From IMG/VR virus record IMGVR_UViG_3300032050_007618: a DNA stretch of 20,000 bases; one strand, given 5' to 3'. The translations under genes were made by a program, and so were the position numbers. The DNA is from an uncultured virus (IMG/VR IMGVR_UViG_3300032050_007618). Lineage: Duplodnaviria > Heunggongvirae > Uroviricota > Caudoviricetes. Shown here piece by piece: positions 1-9,383 of the stretch. Under the pieces are notes generated by a model that was given only the letters and a program-made list of their open reading frames with translations, made no database searches and had not been told where the DNA came from. How positions within the stretch are numbered: position 1 is the stretch's first letter; each line of letters begins with the position of its first letter.

Positions 1-1
1 C

Positions 2-265
2 AAAGGAAACACTCTTCTTCAATATTTTGGATTGGATAAAACGTTGATTGATGGTGCGGCAGAACGTAGTCCATATAAGTTTGGATTAAAGACAGTTGGA
101 ACTGACATTACAATTTATTCCGAACAAGATATGAGAAAGGCTAATCCGGATTATCTTTTGGTATTGCCTTGGCATTTTATTGATGAATTTAAGAGACGTG
201 AGTCAACATATCTAATGACGGGTGGTCATTTTATAGTTCCATGTCCAGTATTTGAAATTGTATGA
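2..265 (+). CDS. NDP-hexose C-methyltransferase, C-terminal domain (5'-truncated by the window edge)
   Basis: The frame is open from base 2: KGNTLLQYFGLDKTLIDGAAERSPYKFGLKTVGTDITIYSE...PDYLLVLPWHFIDEF...GGHFIVPCP. KGNTLL, PxKxG and PDYxLvLPWxF are hallmarks of the C-terminal domain of sugar C-methyltransferases (TylCIII/EryBIII/NovU type). The track's start at 32 is internal. Confidence 0.85.
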   Translation, partial: KGNTLLQYFGLDKTLIDGAAERSPYKFGLKTVGTDITIYSEQDMRKANPDYLLVLPWHFIDEFKRRESTYLMTGGHFIVPCPVFEIV

Positions 266-1221
266 AGAAAAATATTTTAGTTACAGGTGGGTGTGGTTTT
301 ATTGGATCACACTTTGTAGAAAAGTTATTGAATGATCCCGATATTGGTTGCATTATTAACGTTGACAAACTAACATATGCAGCCAATAGGGATTTGAAGT
401 TCAATGTAGACCAACGATATAAACATTATGTTGCAGATATTAATGATGGAGTTATTTTGTGGCAGACACTAAATAAGTTTGAGATTACTCATGTAATTAA
501 TTTTGCTGCGGAAACTCATGTTGATAATTCAATTTATGCTCCTGATCCATTTGTAACAACAAATGTTCTTGGAACATACAATTTGATTAAAGCCATATAT
601 GACTATGGTAAACTTGAAAAGTTTATTCATATTTCAACTGACGAAGTTTATGGGTCTTTGGGTGCCAAGGAGTCATCCTTCACGGTTGAAAGTCCATATC
701 GTCCAAATAGTCCTTATTCTGCCACAAAGGCTGCAAGTGATTTGTTGGTACGTAGTTACAACAAAACATATAAACTACCAACTATTATTACCAATTGTAG
801 CAACAATTTTGGACCTCGACAAAACGCTGAGAAATTGATTCCGACCTGTATTCGTAAGTTAAAAAACCGAGAACAAATTCCGGTATATGGTACTGGTCAG
901 AATGTACGTGATTGGATCTATGTAAAAGATCACGTTAACTGTATTTGGGATGTACTTGAAAATGGTGATGTAGGAAGTCAATATTTGATTGGCGGTAACA
1001 ACGAATTGACCAATCTTGAATTGATTGAATACATTAAATCAACGTTTGAAGAAGTAACAAATACCAAGGTAGATTACGACTACATAAGTTATGTCACTGA
1101 TCGTAAGGGACACGATTTACGATACGCTATTGAAACTTTTGAGTATGAACAAAAGTTTGGAAAAATGAAATTGACTGATTTCAAAACAGCGTTAAAGACA
1201 ACTATTGAAAGTTATATCTGA
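262..1221 (+). CDS. rmlB: dTDP-glucose 4,6-dehydratase
   Basis: TGGCGFIGS NAD-binding motif, DKLTYAAN, FAAETHVDNSI, HISTDEVYG (catalytic T-D-E), PNSPYSATK (YxxxK), RDWIYVKDH and DRKGHDLRY. ATGA overlap with the upstream gene. Confidence 0.95.
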   Translation: MKKNILVTGGCGFIGSHFVEKLLNDPDIGCIINVDKLTYAANRDLKFNVDQRYKHYVADINDGVILWQTLNKFEITHVINFAAETHVDNSIYAPDPFVTTNVLGTYNLIKAIYDYGKLEKFIHISTDEVYGSLGAKESSFTVESPYRPNSPYSATKAASDLLVRSYNKTYKLPTIITNCSNNFGPRQNAEKLIPTCIRKLKNREQIPVYGTGQNVRDWIYVKDHVNCIWDVLENGDVGSQYLIGGNNELTNLELIEYIKSTFEEVTNTKVDYDYISYVTDRKGHDLRYAIETFEYEQKFGKMKLTDFKTALKTTIESYI

Positions 1222-1515
1222 TTAAACATTAAACTCTTGGATGATGGCATTATTTTGAATAAATTTAATATGACCATCACCCAAGGAGTTTTTGAATAAG
1301 TTTATATTATTACTTACTTCAGTTAAAACCAACGATCTGTATTGCATTTCACAATCATTTTTTACACGTTGTTTTTCAGTTCCTCTACAACTGCAAGTAT
1401 TTTTAAAACGTTCTACCAATAACACATACTCTTTCAGCTTAGAGACTGAATTGGGTATGTTATTGTGCGTCTTTAGTATGTTATAAAATTCTGTGAAGTT
1501 TTGGACGAGGATCAT
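1222..1515 (-). CDS. Hypothetical protein (97 aa, CxC motif)
   Basis: The ATG lies 1 nt after the upstream stop (TAA T ATG) and the ORF exactly fills the space to the convergent rmlB stop. Contains TCSC plus a third Cys. Confidence 0.7.
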   Translation of the reverse strand: MILVQNFTEFYNILKTHNNIPNSVSKLKEYVLLVERFKNTCSCRGTEKQRVKNDCEMQYRSLVLTEVSNNINLFKNSLGDGHIKFIQNNAIIQEFNV

Positions 1516-1516
1516 A

Positions 1517-1861
1517 TTATCTAAAAAACTTATTTACGATCAGTAAATATATAACAAGTGTAAACACATAAATTACCGGAAATATGTAAAATGTGGAGAA
1601 AATCCATGAAGATAGTAGAGTAAACCAGAATCCAATACACCATGGACAATTAACAAGTTTGGTAAAAAAGTTTGGATATGTTTGTTTTAGCCACGACAAA
1701 TATTCCAAACTGAAATCACTTTCTTGTGCTTTTTCAAATTCACCAATTTTAAACAGACGTTTCAAATTAAATAGGTTGCAGTATTCAACAAACGCTTCTG
1801 TATGAAACCACACAACCAAAAACGTAACTCCGATAAATATTGTATTTAGTATGTCGATCAT
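1517..1861 (-). CDS. Small membrane protein with CPWC motif (DUF1360-like)
   Basis: Hydrophobic N-terminal segment, then LVNCPWCIGFW followed by a hydrophobic C-terminal region. This matches the layout of DUF1360-type proteins. ATGA overlap with the upstream gene. Confidence 0.65.
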   Translation of the reverse strand: MIDILNTIFIGVTFLVVWFHTEAFVEYCNLFNLKRLFKIGEFEKAQESDFSLEYLSWLKQTYPNFFTKLVNCPWCIGFWFTLLSSWIFSTFYIFPVIYVFTLVIYLLIVNKFFR

Positions 1862-2763
1862 AATGATTTAAATGCGTAGTTATTCTTGTTAACAAACTCT
1901 CTCAAGCAGTTTCCTAGTTCTGATTCGGCTTTGCTTTTAAAGTTATTTCTATCTTCAAAATAAGTGATGTATTCCTTGTATGGATTGTGTCTCAATAAAT
2001 AGTTTTCTGCCACAATGATGTTTTCCATTAAATATTGTTGAAAATCTACTTTATTGAGTTTCATTATTTGTGCTGCAAACATGACATAGGTATCATCCAC
2101 ACCGTAGGGACCAAGAACGTCTGGTATATCGGTAAACGTAAGTAGATTGGAACTAATTAGATTGAACCACCCACCTCCAAACTTGGTTGGATCACACTTG
2201 ATAAGATTTACATCTTCACTATATGACTTGCGGTTTACTTCAAAATACGGATTGATGTTTCGTTCACTTCCATATTTGTTGTTGATAAACTGATGATTCA
2301 CCAAGTGATCCCACGTTTGATCCCAAATCTTGGTGATTTGAGGTGTAATAATGTAGTATTGATTCTTAACCTGTTTTGCACAATGTATAGAATACGCTAG
2401 AATACCAGATGGAAATACCAAATCCGAATCCAAATATAGAAACGCATCTACATCTTTGCCATACTTACGAACGCTATTACGACGTTTGTCGTTGATACCT
2501 CTACAACTACCGTGGTCATCAACATCAAAGATATAGTTTCTCGCCCAACTAGTGTGAGTCACATATTTACTCATTGACTCAAACTTATCAATAAAAAAAT
2601 CCTTGGGTATCTTGGTCTTATTCCAGTCAACCGTATTCAGATTGAGCGTAACATCCAAGGTTATTTCTGACGAATCAATCATCTCTTGACTCAGCACGGT
2701 CAACTGACGTTCAAATTCGTCTAACTCATGAGGTAGAAGATGTGTAACAATTTGTATTTTCAT
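1858..2763 (-). CDS. Putative GT-A fold glycosyltransferase
   Basis: N-terminal beta strand KIQIVTHL, RRNSVR helix, FLYLDSDLVF (DxD), GGGWFNLIS and GPYGVDDTY (GxDD acceptor-site motif of GT2/GT7-like enzymes). Confidence 0.7.
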   Translation of the reverse strand: MKIQIVTHLLPHELDEFERQLTVLSQEMIDSSEITLDVTLNLNTVDWNKTKIPKDFFIDKFESMSKYVTHTSWARNYIFDVDDHGSCRGINDKRRNSVRKYGKDVDAFLYLDSDLVFPSGILAYSIHCAKQVKNQYYIITPQITKIWDQTWDHLVNHQFINNKYGSERNINPYFEVNRKSYSEDVNLIKCDPTKFGGGWFNLISSNLLTFTDIPDVLGPYGVDDTYVMFAAQIMKLNKVDFQQYLMENIIVAENYLLRHNPYKEYITYFEDRNNFKSKAESELGNCLREFVNKNNYAFKSL

Positions 2764-3845
2764 AGTTTTTTACAGGTATGTAGTGCAGATCCAATTACTT
2801 GATGCATGTCATAGTATCGGTATTCTGCCAATCTACCTCCAAATATAACATTGATTTCATTTTCGGTCAACGCTTTATACTTTTCATATACAGGCGTATT
2901 AACTTTATCATTGACGGGATAATACGGTTCAAGACCCTCTCCGTACTCTCTTGGATATTCACGGGTAATATAGGTGAAGTCTGTATTGACAGGATCAAAA
3001 TGTTTATGTTCAACTATACGGGTTTCTGGATGATGTAATTCGGTATAATTAACAACCGCATTACCTTGATAATCTGGAACCTCAACTCGCTCGGTTTCAA
3101 ATTTAAGACTTCTGTAATTTAATTGACCGAATCTGTAGTTATAATAAGCGTCAATTGGACCGGTATAAATTACTTTTTTTGCTATACTATTAAACGACTC
3201 TTTGTTTTGCAAATAATCTTCATTTAATCGTACTTCAATTCCATTCAATAACTTTTCAAATATCTGAGTGTATCCTCCAATAGGAATACCTTGATACGTG
3301 TCGTTAAAGTAATTATCATCGTGGTTAAAACGTATCGGCAATCGTTTGATAATGGATGCTGGTAAATCAATTGGATGTCTTCCCCACTGTTTGGTTGTAT
3401 ACCCTTTTATAAACATCATATAAATGTCTACTCCAACTTGGGATACGATCCACTCTTCCAAGTTTTTAGGGTTGTCGTTTTTGACCCGAACTTCTTCTAG
3501 TTTCTTTTTTGCTTCTTCTGGTGTAGTTACGCCATAAATTTGATGTAATGTAAACAGATTAATCGGAAAAGAGTATAGTGAGTTCTTATAAAATACCTTT
3601 GGACGGTTGATAAAGTTATTAAACTTAGCAAACTGGTTTACGTAATCCCAAATTTCTTTGTTGGATGTATGAAAGATGTGAGGTCCGTAAACATGAACAT
3701 TGATACCGTCTTTGTTTTCGGTATAACAGTTGCCTCCAATATGGTTGCGTTTATCAATAACCAAACATTTGTTGCCTTTTTTGGTTAGTTCATGCGCACA
3801 TACTGATCCAAACAAACCGCTTCCTACAATCAGATAATCGTACAT
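2760..3845 (-). CDS. glf: UDP-galactopyranose mutase
   Basis: YDYLIVGSGLFG FAD motif, HIGGNCY, HVYGPHIFHT, GYTTKQWG, YFNDTYQGIP, EPYYPVN and GRLAEYRYYDMHQVI. Confidence 0.97.
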   Translation of the reverse strand: MYDYLIVGSGLFGSVCAHELTKKGNKCLVIDKRNHIGGNCYTENKDGINVHVYGPHIFHTSNKEIWDYVNQFAKFNNFINRPKVFYKNSLYSFPINLFTLHQIYGVTTPEEAKKKLEEVRVKNDNPKNLEEWIVSQVGVDIYMMFIKGYTTKQWGRHPIDLPASIIKRLPIRFNHDDNYFNDTYQGIPIGGYTQIFEKLLNGIEVRLNEDYLQNKESFNSIAKKVIYTGPIDAYYNYRFGQLNYRSLKFETERVEVPDYQGNAVVNYTELHHPETRIVEHKHFDPVNTDFTYITREYPREYGEGLEPYYPVNDKVNTPVYEKYKALTENEINVIFGGRLAEYRYYDMHQVIGSALHTCKKL

Positions 3846-3848
3846 AAC

Positions 3849-4796
3849 TTATTTTGAAACAATTTGATTCACCACATTAAGATAATGTTTTACGACATTT
3901 TCCCATGCAAAATTCGTAATTCCATACTGACGAATTTCTTCACGGTGTAACAAAGATTGCTGTCTATTTGTTTCAATAACACCACGAATATAATTCAAAT
4001 CATAGATCTTATTTTCAGAGACTACGCTGATATATGGTTTTGTCAAATCCAAATTAGCGACAGAACATTCTGAAATAACCACTCCAAGTCCTGCCATCAA
4101 CGCTTCTTTGGTAACAAGAGGATCTGCTTCTCCATCGCTTAACAAGACCAAATTGGCATAATTGGTTAGATTTTCATATAGTGTTGGTTTATCCCACTCA
4201 CCAATATAGTTTGTACGTGAAAAATCAAAACGATTGTCGTCTTTATTTCCAACAAAATCAATGCCGTTGATGTTTTGATACAACCATTGACGTTTTCTAT
4301 CGGTGATCTTAGCTAGATACACGCTCTTTCCGGGTTTAGAAGGTGTCGATGTATATTTAAACAGGTCTTGTCTAGCGCCATTACATACAACGTATAGTCT
4401 ATTATCGTTTACACCATAGTGTTTATATACGTTCTTGATGCCTTCTGATAAACAAACGATGTTGAAATCTCCACGAACAAACGCTTCAAAGATTCTAACG
4501 TAACCACCATAACGATGTGGTTGTTCTAAATAACCATAGTGAGTAGTTGCAGCCTTGTGTTTACAATTAATATACGGTAACACGTCGTACAAATCGTCAT
4601 ATTGAAGATGTACGAAGTCAGGGTTGTATTGGTTAACTTGATTGACAATCTCTCGACGGTCCTGAGTATTAACAATTTGTACTTCGTGACCCAATTTAGT
4701 CAATTCGATATTATAATCCCATATGAGAGATTCTACAGCACCCCATCCTTTTGGAGGAATGGGCATAATTCCCGGTCCAATAATTGAAATTTTCAT
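3849..4796 (-). CDS. GT-B fold glycosyltransferase (GT4-like)
   Basis: IPPKGWGAVE N-terminal motif, LGHEV, PDFVHLQ, and the C-terminal Ex7E motif (SDGEADPLVTKEALMAG). Confidence 0.85.
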   Translation of the reverse strand: MKISIIGPGIMPIPPKGWGAVESLIWDYNIELTKLGHEVQIVNTQDRREIVNQVNQYNPDFVHLQYDDLYDVLPYINCKHKAATTHYGYLEQPHRYGGYVRIFEAFVRGDFNIVCLSEGIKNVYKHYGVNDNRLYVVCNGARQDLFKYTSTPSKPGKSVYLAKITDRKRQWLYQNINGIDFVGNKDDNRFDFSRTNYIGEWDKPTLYENLTNYANLVLLSDGEADPLVTKEALMAGLGVVISECSVANLDLTKPYISVVSENKIYDLNYIRGVIETNRQQSLLHREEIRQYGITNFAWENVVKHYLNVVNQIVSK

Positions 4797-5416
4797 GATA
4801 TATAAACGTCGTTATCTTTAATTCTAGCGTCAAACATATAACCTTTTAGGGCCATATATTCACGATAAGAGTCTTCATTAAAAATGTTTTCCAACATGAT
4901 AACTTTGGGTTTGAGTAAACTAAGTCCGTTCATGACTTCTAACTCCCAACCTTCAGTATCAACTGAAAGAATATCGATTTGTTCGATATTCGCTTCTTTA
5001 ATTATTGTATCCAAACGACGTTGTTTAACTTTAATTTGGGTTTTGTTTAATTTATTTACCCAACCTTTTGATATTGACTGATATGATTCTTTGATCTTTA
5101 AAGAAGAAAAGGCATGATCGGTAACACTGCCACCTGTGATATGAACTATTGTAAAATCTACATCATCTTCGTCAGTCTCAGACGCGGCATATTCATATAT
5201 TTCATTTCCAATATCACGGTGTTGTTTAGCAAATGTCGGATTTGGTTCTACAATAACAGTTCTCCATCCGTTTAATGTAAAGTGACGAGATACAGATATA
5301 AACTCTGGAGTTGCACCGCCGACTTCAACCAATGTACCTTTGTAACCATAATCTGGAAAGTATTTTGATCTAAGAAATTGGTCTTCTTTATGTTCTGCAA
5401 AAAATGATTCGTTCAT
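4793..5416 (-). CDS. FkbM-family SAM-dependent methyltransferase
   Basis: LVEVGG motif I, GWRTVIVEPNP, VKQRRLDTII, IDILSVDTEGWELEVMNG and PKVIMLE. Confidence 0.9.
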   Translation of the reverse strand: MNESFFAEHKEDQFLRSKYFPDYGYKGTLVEVGGATPEFISVSRHFTLNGWRTVIVEPNPTFAKQHRDIGNEIYEYAASETDEDDVDFTIVHITGGSVTDHAFSSLKIKESYQSISKGWVNKLNKTQIKVKQRRLDTIIKEANIEQIDILSVDTEGWELEVMNGLSLLKPKVIMLENIFNEDSYREYMALKGYMFDARIKDNDVYIS

Positions 5417-6162
5417 ACAAGTATTTTTAGTACGGGTAAATGTTGTCCGTTCAACTGTATATATACATTAAACAATGACGGATTACGCTTACAAATATAA
5501 GCTAATGCAATTTGTTCGTTATTAATCATGTTTTGATCTAACATTTCTTCTTGTAAAAATTTCAATGTAAGATCTGATACTTGAGTTACGTATTCATGAT
5601 GGCCACCAAAGAAAGTTCCTACCAATACACAATCCGACATCCATTTATAGTTATCGTCAATGGGAATTCTGTTGGTATTATAATTACCTTGAATCAAAAA
5701 TTTTGGTGGAAGTTTGTCGGGATTTGGAAACGATTTTGGAAGATTCTCAAAAAAACGACTACACCCAGCGTCCATCCAAAAGAAATACTCTGAATTGAAT
5801 GGATTTTCTTTTATAGTACGTTTCAACCATTCAAATTTAGAGTATTGAATAATGTTATACATTGGCAATACACACTCAACTCTATTTGGATGTTTGATTT
5901 TTTGTAGATACTCAGGATTGTTCAATATACTCTGTATTGTCCCACATTTGTTATATAAAGGTATTTGATCGGGTGAAGTCACAATAACCTTAATATTAGG
6001 TTTTTGTGGAATGTATGGAACCACACCCGATTCGGTGTATATAACATAGTTGCATGAAAGAGATAATGTTTCTGGAAGCCATTTAAGATAGTCTCTAAAA
6101 GGTCTACCGTCACCACGTTGTTCACGATTGATGTTATAAAGTGCCGTTACGATTGTTGTCAT
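5413..6162 (-). CDS. HtrL/YibB (WlaTC-like) family glycosyltransferase
   Basis: TTIVTALYNI start, YNIIQYSKFEWL, NPFNSEYFFWMDAG, GTFFGG and NNEQ. These motifs are typical of the HtrL_YibB family. Confidence 0.8.
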   Translation of the reverse strand: MTTIVTALYNINREQRGDGRPFRDYLKWLPETLSLSCNYVIYTESGVVPYIPQKPNIKVIVTSPDQIPLYNKCGTIQSILNNPEYLQKIKHPNRVECVLPMYNIIQYSKFEWLKRTIKENPFNSEYFFWMDAGCSRFFENLPKSFPNPDKLPPKFLIQGNYNTNRIPIDDNYKWMSDCVLVGTFFGGHHEYVTQVSDLTLKFLQEEMLDQNMINNEQIALAYICKRNPSLFNVYIQLNGQHLPVLKILV

Positions 6163-6880
6163 AAAGATATTTAAATTGATGAACCAAAGGATGAGAGGTC
6201 TGTCTCCAATAATGGTTTCTGTGACATTCGATTATTTCCGGATTGTATATTTCATGTTCTCCTTGCAGTGCAAATAAAATAGGAAGTATTACATCGTGTG
6301 CAAAAACAGCGTAAAATGTTTTTGTTATACGTGGTAAAAAAGTAGGATCTTGTTCGGTCACATACTTATATGATTTTAAAAAGGTTTCACAATGGATTAT
6401 TGCCGGGGTTGCTCCCCAACAGTTAATATCAATCGCACCGGGAGTTTGTGCAAGTATAGTTCTTAGTGCCGAAGGCAATCCCCAGTTAATTCTGGATCCC
6501 AATAATTTGGCACCTTCTGGCAAAGACAATGGACCACGAACAAGAGTATCAGGATCCATCAACAATAAATAATCAGATTGACAGAATTCTATTGCTTGTT
6601 TGACGCGGTTTAAAAATGAACGTGTTGCGAATAATATTTTTTCTTGAAAGTATGGTTCTACAAAGTTTTGATCGTTTACTTGTTTGATTATATACATTGT
6701 ATCTTCTACATGGTTTATTTTAATATTGTTTAAAGATAACAACGAATCAAAATTGGTATTTGAACTTTCTGTGGTTAGATAAATTTTGGAATATGGATAT
6801 ATTTTTCTGAACATTGGTAATGAAAATTCCAATGCTCGTACTTCGTTGTAACACGTAACTAATACACCCAACGTACTCAT
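6134..6880 (-). CDS. Putative GT-A (GT2-like) glycosyltransferase
   Basis: LGVLVTCYNE N-terminal GT2 motif, DYLLLMDPDTLV (DxD), later HD and C-terminal PLVHQFK. Overlaps the downstream gene by 29 nt. Confidence 0.7.
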   Translation of the reverse strand: MSTLGVLVTCYNEVRALEFSLPMFRKIYPYSKIYLTTESSNTNFDSLLSLNNIKINHVEDTMYIIKQVNDQNFVEPYFQEKILFATRSFLNRVKQAIEFCQSDYLLLMDPDTLVRGPLSLPEGAKLLGSRINWGLPSALRTILAQTPGAIDINCWGATPAIIHCETFLKSYKYVTEQDPTFLPRITKTFYAVFAHDVILPILFALQGEHEIYNPEIIECHRNHYWRQTSHPLVHQFKYLYDNNRNGTL

Positions 6881-7815
6881 TTTATAACATTATTAATATT
6901 GTCTTCAAAAACTTTAATGAAGTTTTCATGAGACCACTCATTATAGTATTTTTCCAACGGACCAAAACCGTTATTTATGATTTCTTTTAACGAATTATCT
7001 TCTGCACAAATAGATGGTTGAGTATTCCAAATGTGTGAAAACATATTACTACGACAAATTGCAATCGGACGTTTGACTGATAAAGCGTAATCTATAGATG
7101 ATGATATTCCGTTATAACTGGTGTATTTTTGGTAGAAGAAGATATTAAGGTCATTGCCAGCAAGAAATGTTAATAATTCATCGTCACTTATAAAGTTTGT
7201 AGTAATCTTCAACGTTATGTTAGGATTGTTGATAATACGATTTGCCACAAATTTGATTGTTTCAATATCTCTTGTATTTTCACAAAAATGAGAATGTGTT
7301 AGATGTAATCGTAGTTCGATAGGAAACGTTGTCCTATAAAAGTTATCTCTAACACATGCGCATAACGTTTCATATTGTTTGGATGCAAAGCCAAATCCAA
7401 AAGATCCAATTTTAAGTACGTTTGGATTCAAATTAAGGTTGTTGGTGTATTCAAACAAGGGTCTCAACAGACGATAGTTATTTTCATTTGGTTGATAATT
7501 GGGGTCTTGGTGTAAGTAAAAATCAAAGAATGTCGAATATGCAACATTATGAACTATCGTTCCTTGTTTGATGCCTAATTGACGTAGTTCATCTACATAC
7601 ATTTTATCAACCCAAGGCATCGTACCCGTAAGATGATTGTATACAATAACTTGAGGTTTATGAGTGTCAACTTCTTTTTGAAATTCTTCACGATTGTCCA
7701 TTTCCAAATAATGAACAACTAAGTTATTTGATTTGGAAATAATAGACGATACGCGTTTACCATATTGGTATACGCCGCAGTTTTGTATTTTATGGTTAAC
7801 CAAGAATATTTTCAT
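6877..7815 (-). CDS. Putative GT-B fold glycosyltransferase (divergent)
   Basis: CGVYQYG N-terminal motif, IGSFGFGFASKQY at the start of the second domain, and NDLNIFFY...GISSSIDYALSVKRPIAI aligning with the GT4 nucleotide-binding region, though without the canonical Ex7E. Confidence 0.65.
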   Translation of the reverse strand: MKIFLVNHKIQNCGVYQYGKRVSSIISKSNNLVVHYLEMDNREEFQKEVDTHKPQVIVYNHLTGTMPWVDKMYVDELRQLGIKQGTIVHNVAYSTFFDFYLHQDPNYQPNENNYRLLRPLFEYTNNLNLNPNVLKIGSFGFGFASKQYETLCACVRDNFYRTTFPIELRLHLTHSHFCENTRDIETIKFVANRIINNPNITLKITTNFISDDELLTFLAGNDLNIFFYQKYTSYNGISSSIDYALSVKRPIAICRSNMFSHIWNTQPSICAEDNSLKEIINNGFGPLEKYYNEWSHENFIKVFEDNINNVIK

Positions 7816-8417
7816 ATTTGAGAAATCAAATCTTCCGGAAATATTTGATCAAATTTATAGTTGTTTACATTTAAAGTAGGATGTATCCACCAATCTTCAA
7901 ATCCATTATTATTCAAATGATTTAACGTGCTTAACGACCTAAAATGACGATCTGGTACACGAACGTTTGATCCTAATAGGTGATATCCAAGATTATTCAA
8001 AAAATCACGTTGTTGATTTCTATATTTGTCACCATAAATGTATCCGTCATGTTCAATGGTGATAACGCCGAATTTATATATGTCATGTGGCAATAGTTTT
8101 AAAGCATCAATACTAAGTTCATCTATATCCACCGATAGATAATCTATCCATTTTGGAGAATTTTGGTGTTCAAATAAATCTTTATAATTGATGGTTAATG
8201 CATTTTGATTTATAAAAGTACACGATCTACTATGATAACTGTCCGCATAACCTTTTTCGATTTCTATGCATATACCTTTCCATCCAAGTGATTCAAAGAA
8301 GTATGTGTTGTTAGAATTAATTGCACCACAACTTCCGATGTCTACGAAATAACCATTACGTTTTCCGTTAAGAATTTTGTGTACAAACTGATCTTGAAAA
8401 GCGTCTGATTTAAACAT
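7812..8417 (-). CDS. FkbM-like SAM-dependent methyltransferase
   Basis: SDAFQDQFV, GYFVDIGS, SNNTYFFESLGWKGICIE, IDYLSVDID, FGVITIEHD and FEDWWIHP. Confidence 0.85.
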   Translation of the reverse strand: MFKSDAFQDQFVHKILNGKRNGYFVDIGSCGAINSNNTYFFESLGWKGICIEIEKGYADSYHSRSCTFINQNALTINYKDLFEHQNSPKWIDYLSVDIDELSIDALKLLPHDIYKFGVITIEHDGYIYGDKYRNQQRDFLNNLGYHLLGSNVRVPDRHFRSLSTLNHLNNNGFEDWWIHPTLNVNNYKFDQIFPEDLISQI

Positions 8418-8420
8418 AAA

Positions 8421-9383
8421 TTATAAAATTGAAAATAAACTGTTGATTCTGTTTATATAGGTATGATTTTCTTTTACATACAACATTGATTTTTTTATGA
8501 AATCATAGTCTGTTCGATGTTGCATACCGATGTTAAATAATTCCACGGGATTTGAGTGATACAAACAATGTCCTTCCATTTCGTTGTATATCTCTTGAGA
8601 GTTTGTTAAACCCAAATGACCATAGCTAACATTTTTGAATATTCTGCACGTAACAATGCCGGTTCTAGCATGTTCTGATCCACGAATATCAATTCCCAGT
8701 ATTGATTTTTGTACCAATTCTTTCACTTTATCATCTGATATTGGATTTCTCCATGGATCATTATGATAAAAGGTAATATTATTACGTTTACATTCCTGTA
8801 TAAATGGAAGCCAATTGCTCATGTTTTCACATATACCAGAGTTGGAAAGACTTCCACAAAAATAAATGGAGTTTTCTCGTTGACGATAAACATCATTTAA
8901 ATCAAATTCTTCTGGTAATAGGTTAGTTGCCCAACTCAAGTAGAACTTATCAAAATCGTCAATGGTATAGTCTACATAATTGTTTTTGATATGTACTTTT
9001 TGATTGGTTTTAGGAACATAATAACAAGATGGTCCTATTTTTTGAGTGGTAGTTTTATCTACTGAATAATCGTGTATATGGTCCTTATGATTTTTAGCGG
9101 CACATCGAACATCAATATATCGTTTAACTCCAGCGTTCAAATACTTTTTGGGTGACGGACAATACATCACAAAATACGTACTGCTAGAATTCAACGGAAT
9201 GTTGTTGTCTGCAAATCCTTCTGTTATAAAAACACAATTGGAGTAATCAAAATCTTTGGGATAGTCTTTGTCATGAAACCAATAAACTTCATGTCCCATG
9301 TGAGATGCTGCCTTATAATAAGATGAATGAACATACGAATGTGTATGCGAATACAAAGGATGACCCCATATAACTATTTTCAT
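8421..9383 (-). CDS. Putative GT-B glycosyltransferase (CgeB/Glyco_trans_1_2-like C-terminus)
   Basis: MKIVIWG start, SHTHSYVH, GHEVYW, IYFCGS, CRIFKNVSYG and terminal VKENHTYINRI (HTYxxR motif of CgeB-like GTs). Confidence 0.65.
   Translation of the reverse strand: MKIVIWGHPLYSHTHSYVHSSYYKAASHMGHEVYWFHDKDYPKDFDYSNCVFITEGFADNNIPLNSSSTYFVMYCPSPKKYLNAGVKRYIDVRCAAKNHKDHIHDYSVDKTTTQKIGPSCYYVPKTNQKVHIKNNYVDYTIDDFDKFYLSWATNLLPEEFDLNDVYRQRENSIYFCGSLSNSGICENMSNWLPFIQECKRNNITFYHNDPWRNPISDDKVKELVQKSILGIDIRGSEHARTGIVTCRIFKNVSYGHLGLTNSQEIYNEMEGHCLYHSNPVELFNIGMQHRTDYDFIKKSMLYVKENHTYINRINSLFSIL

Noticed and set aside
3173..3180. Homopolymer T tract in glf (and similar 7-8 nt A/T runs) as phase-variation sites
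   Set aside because: Such runs are expected in AT-rich DNA, the frames are intact, and there are no long G/C tracts.
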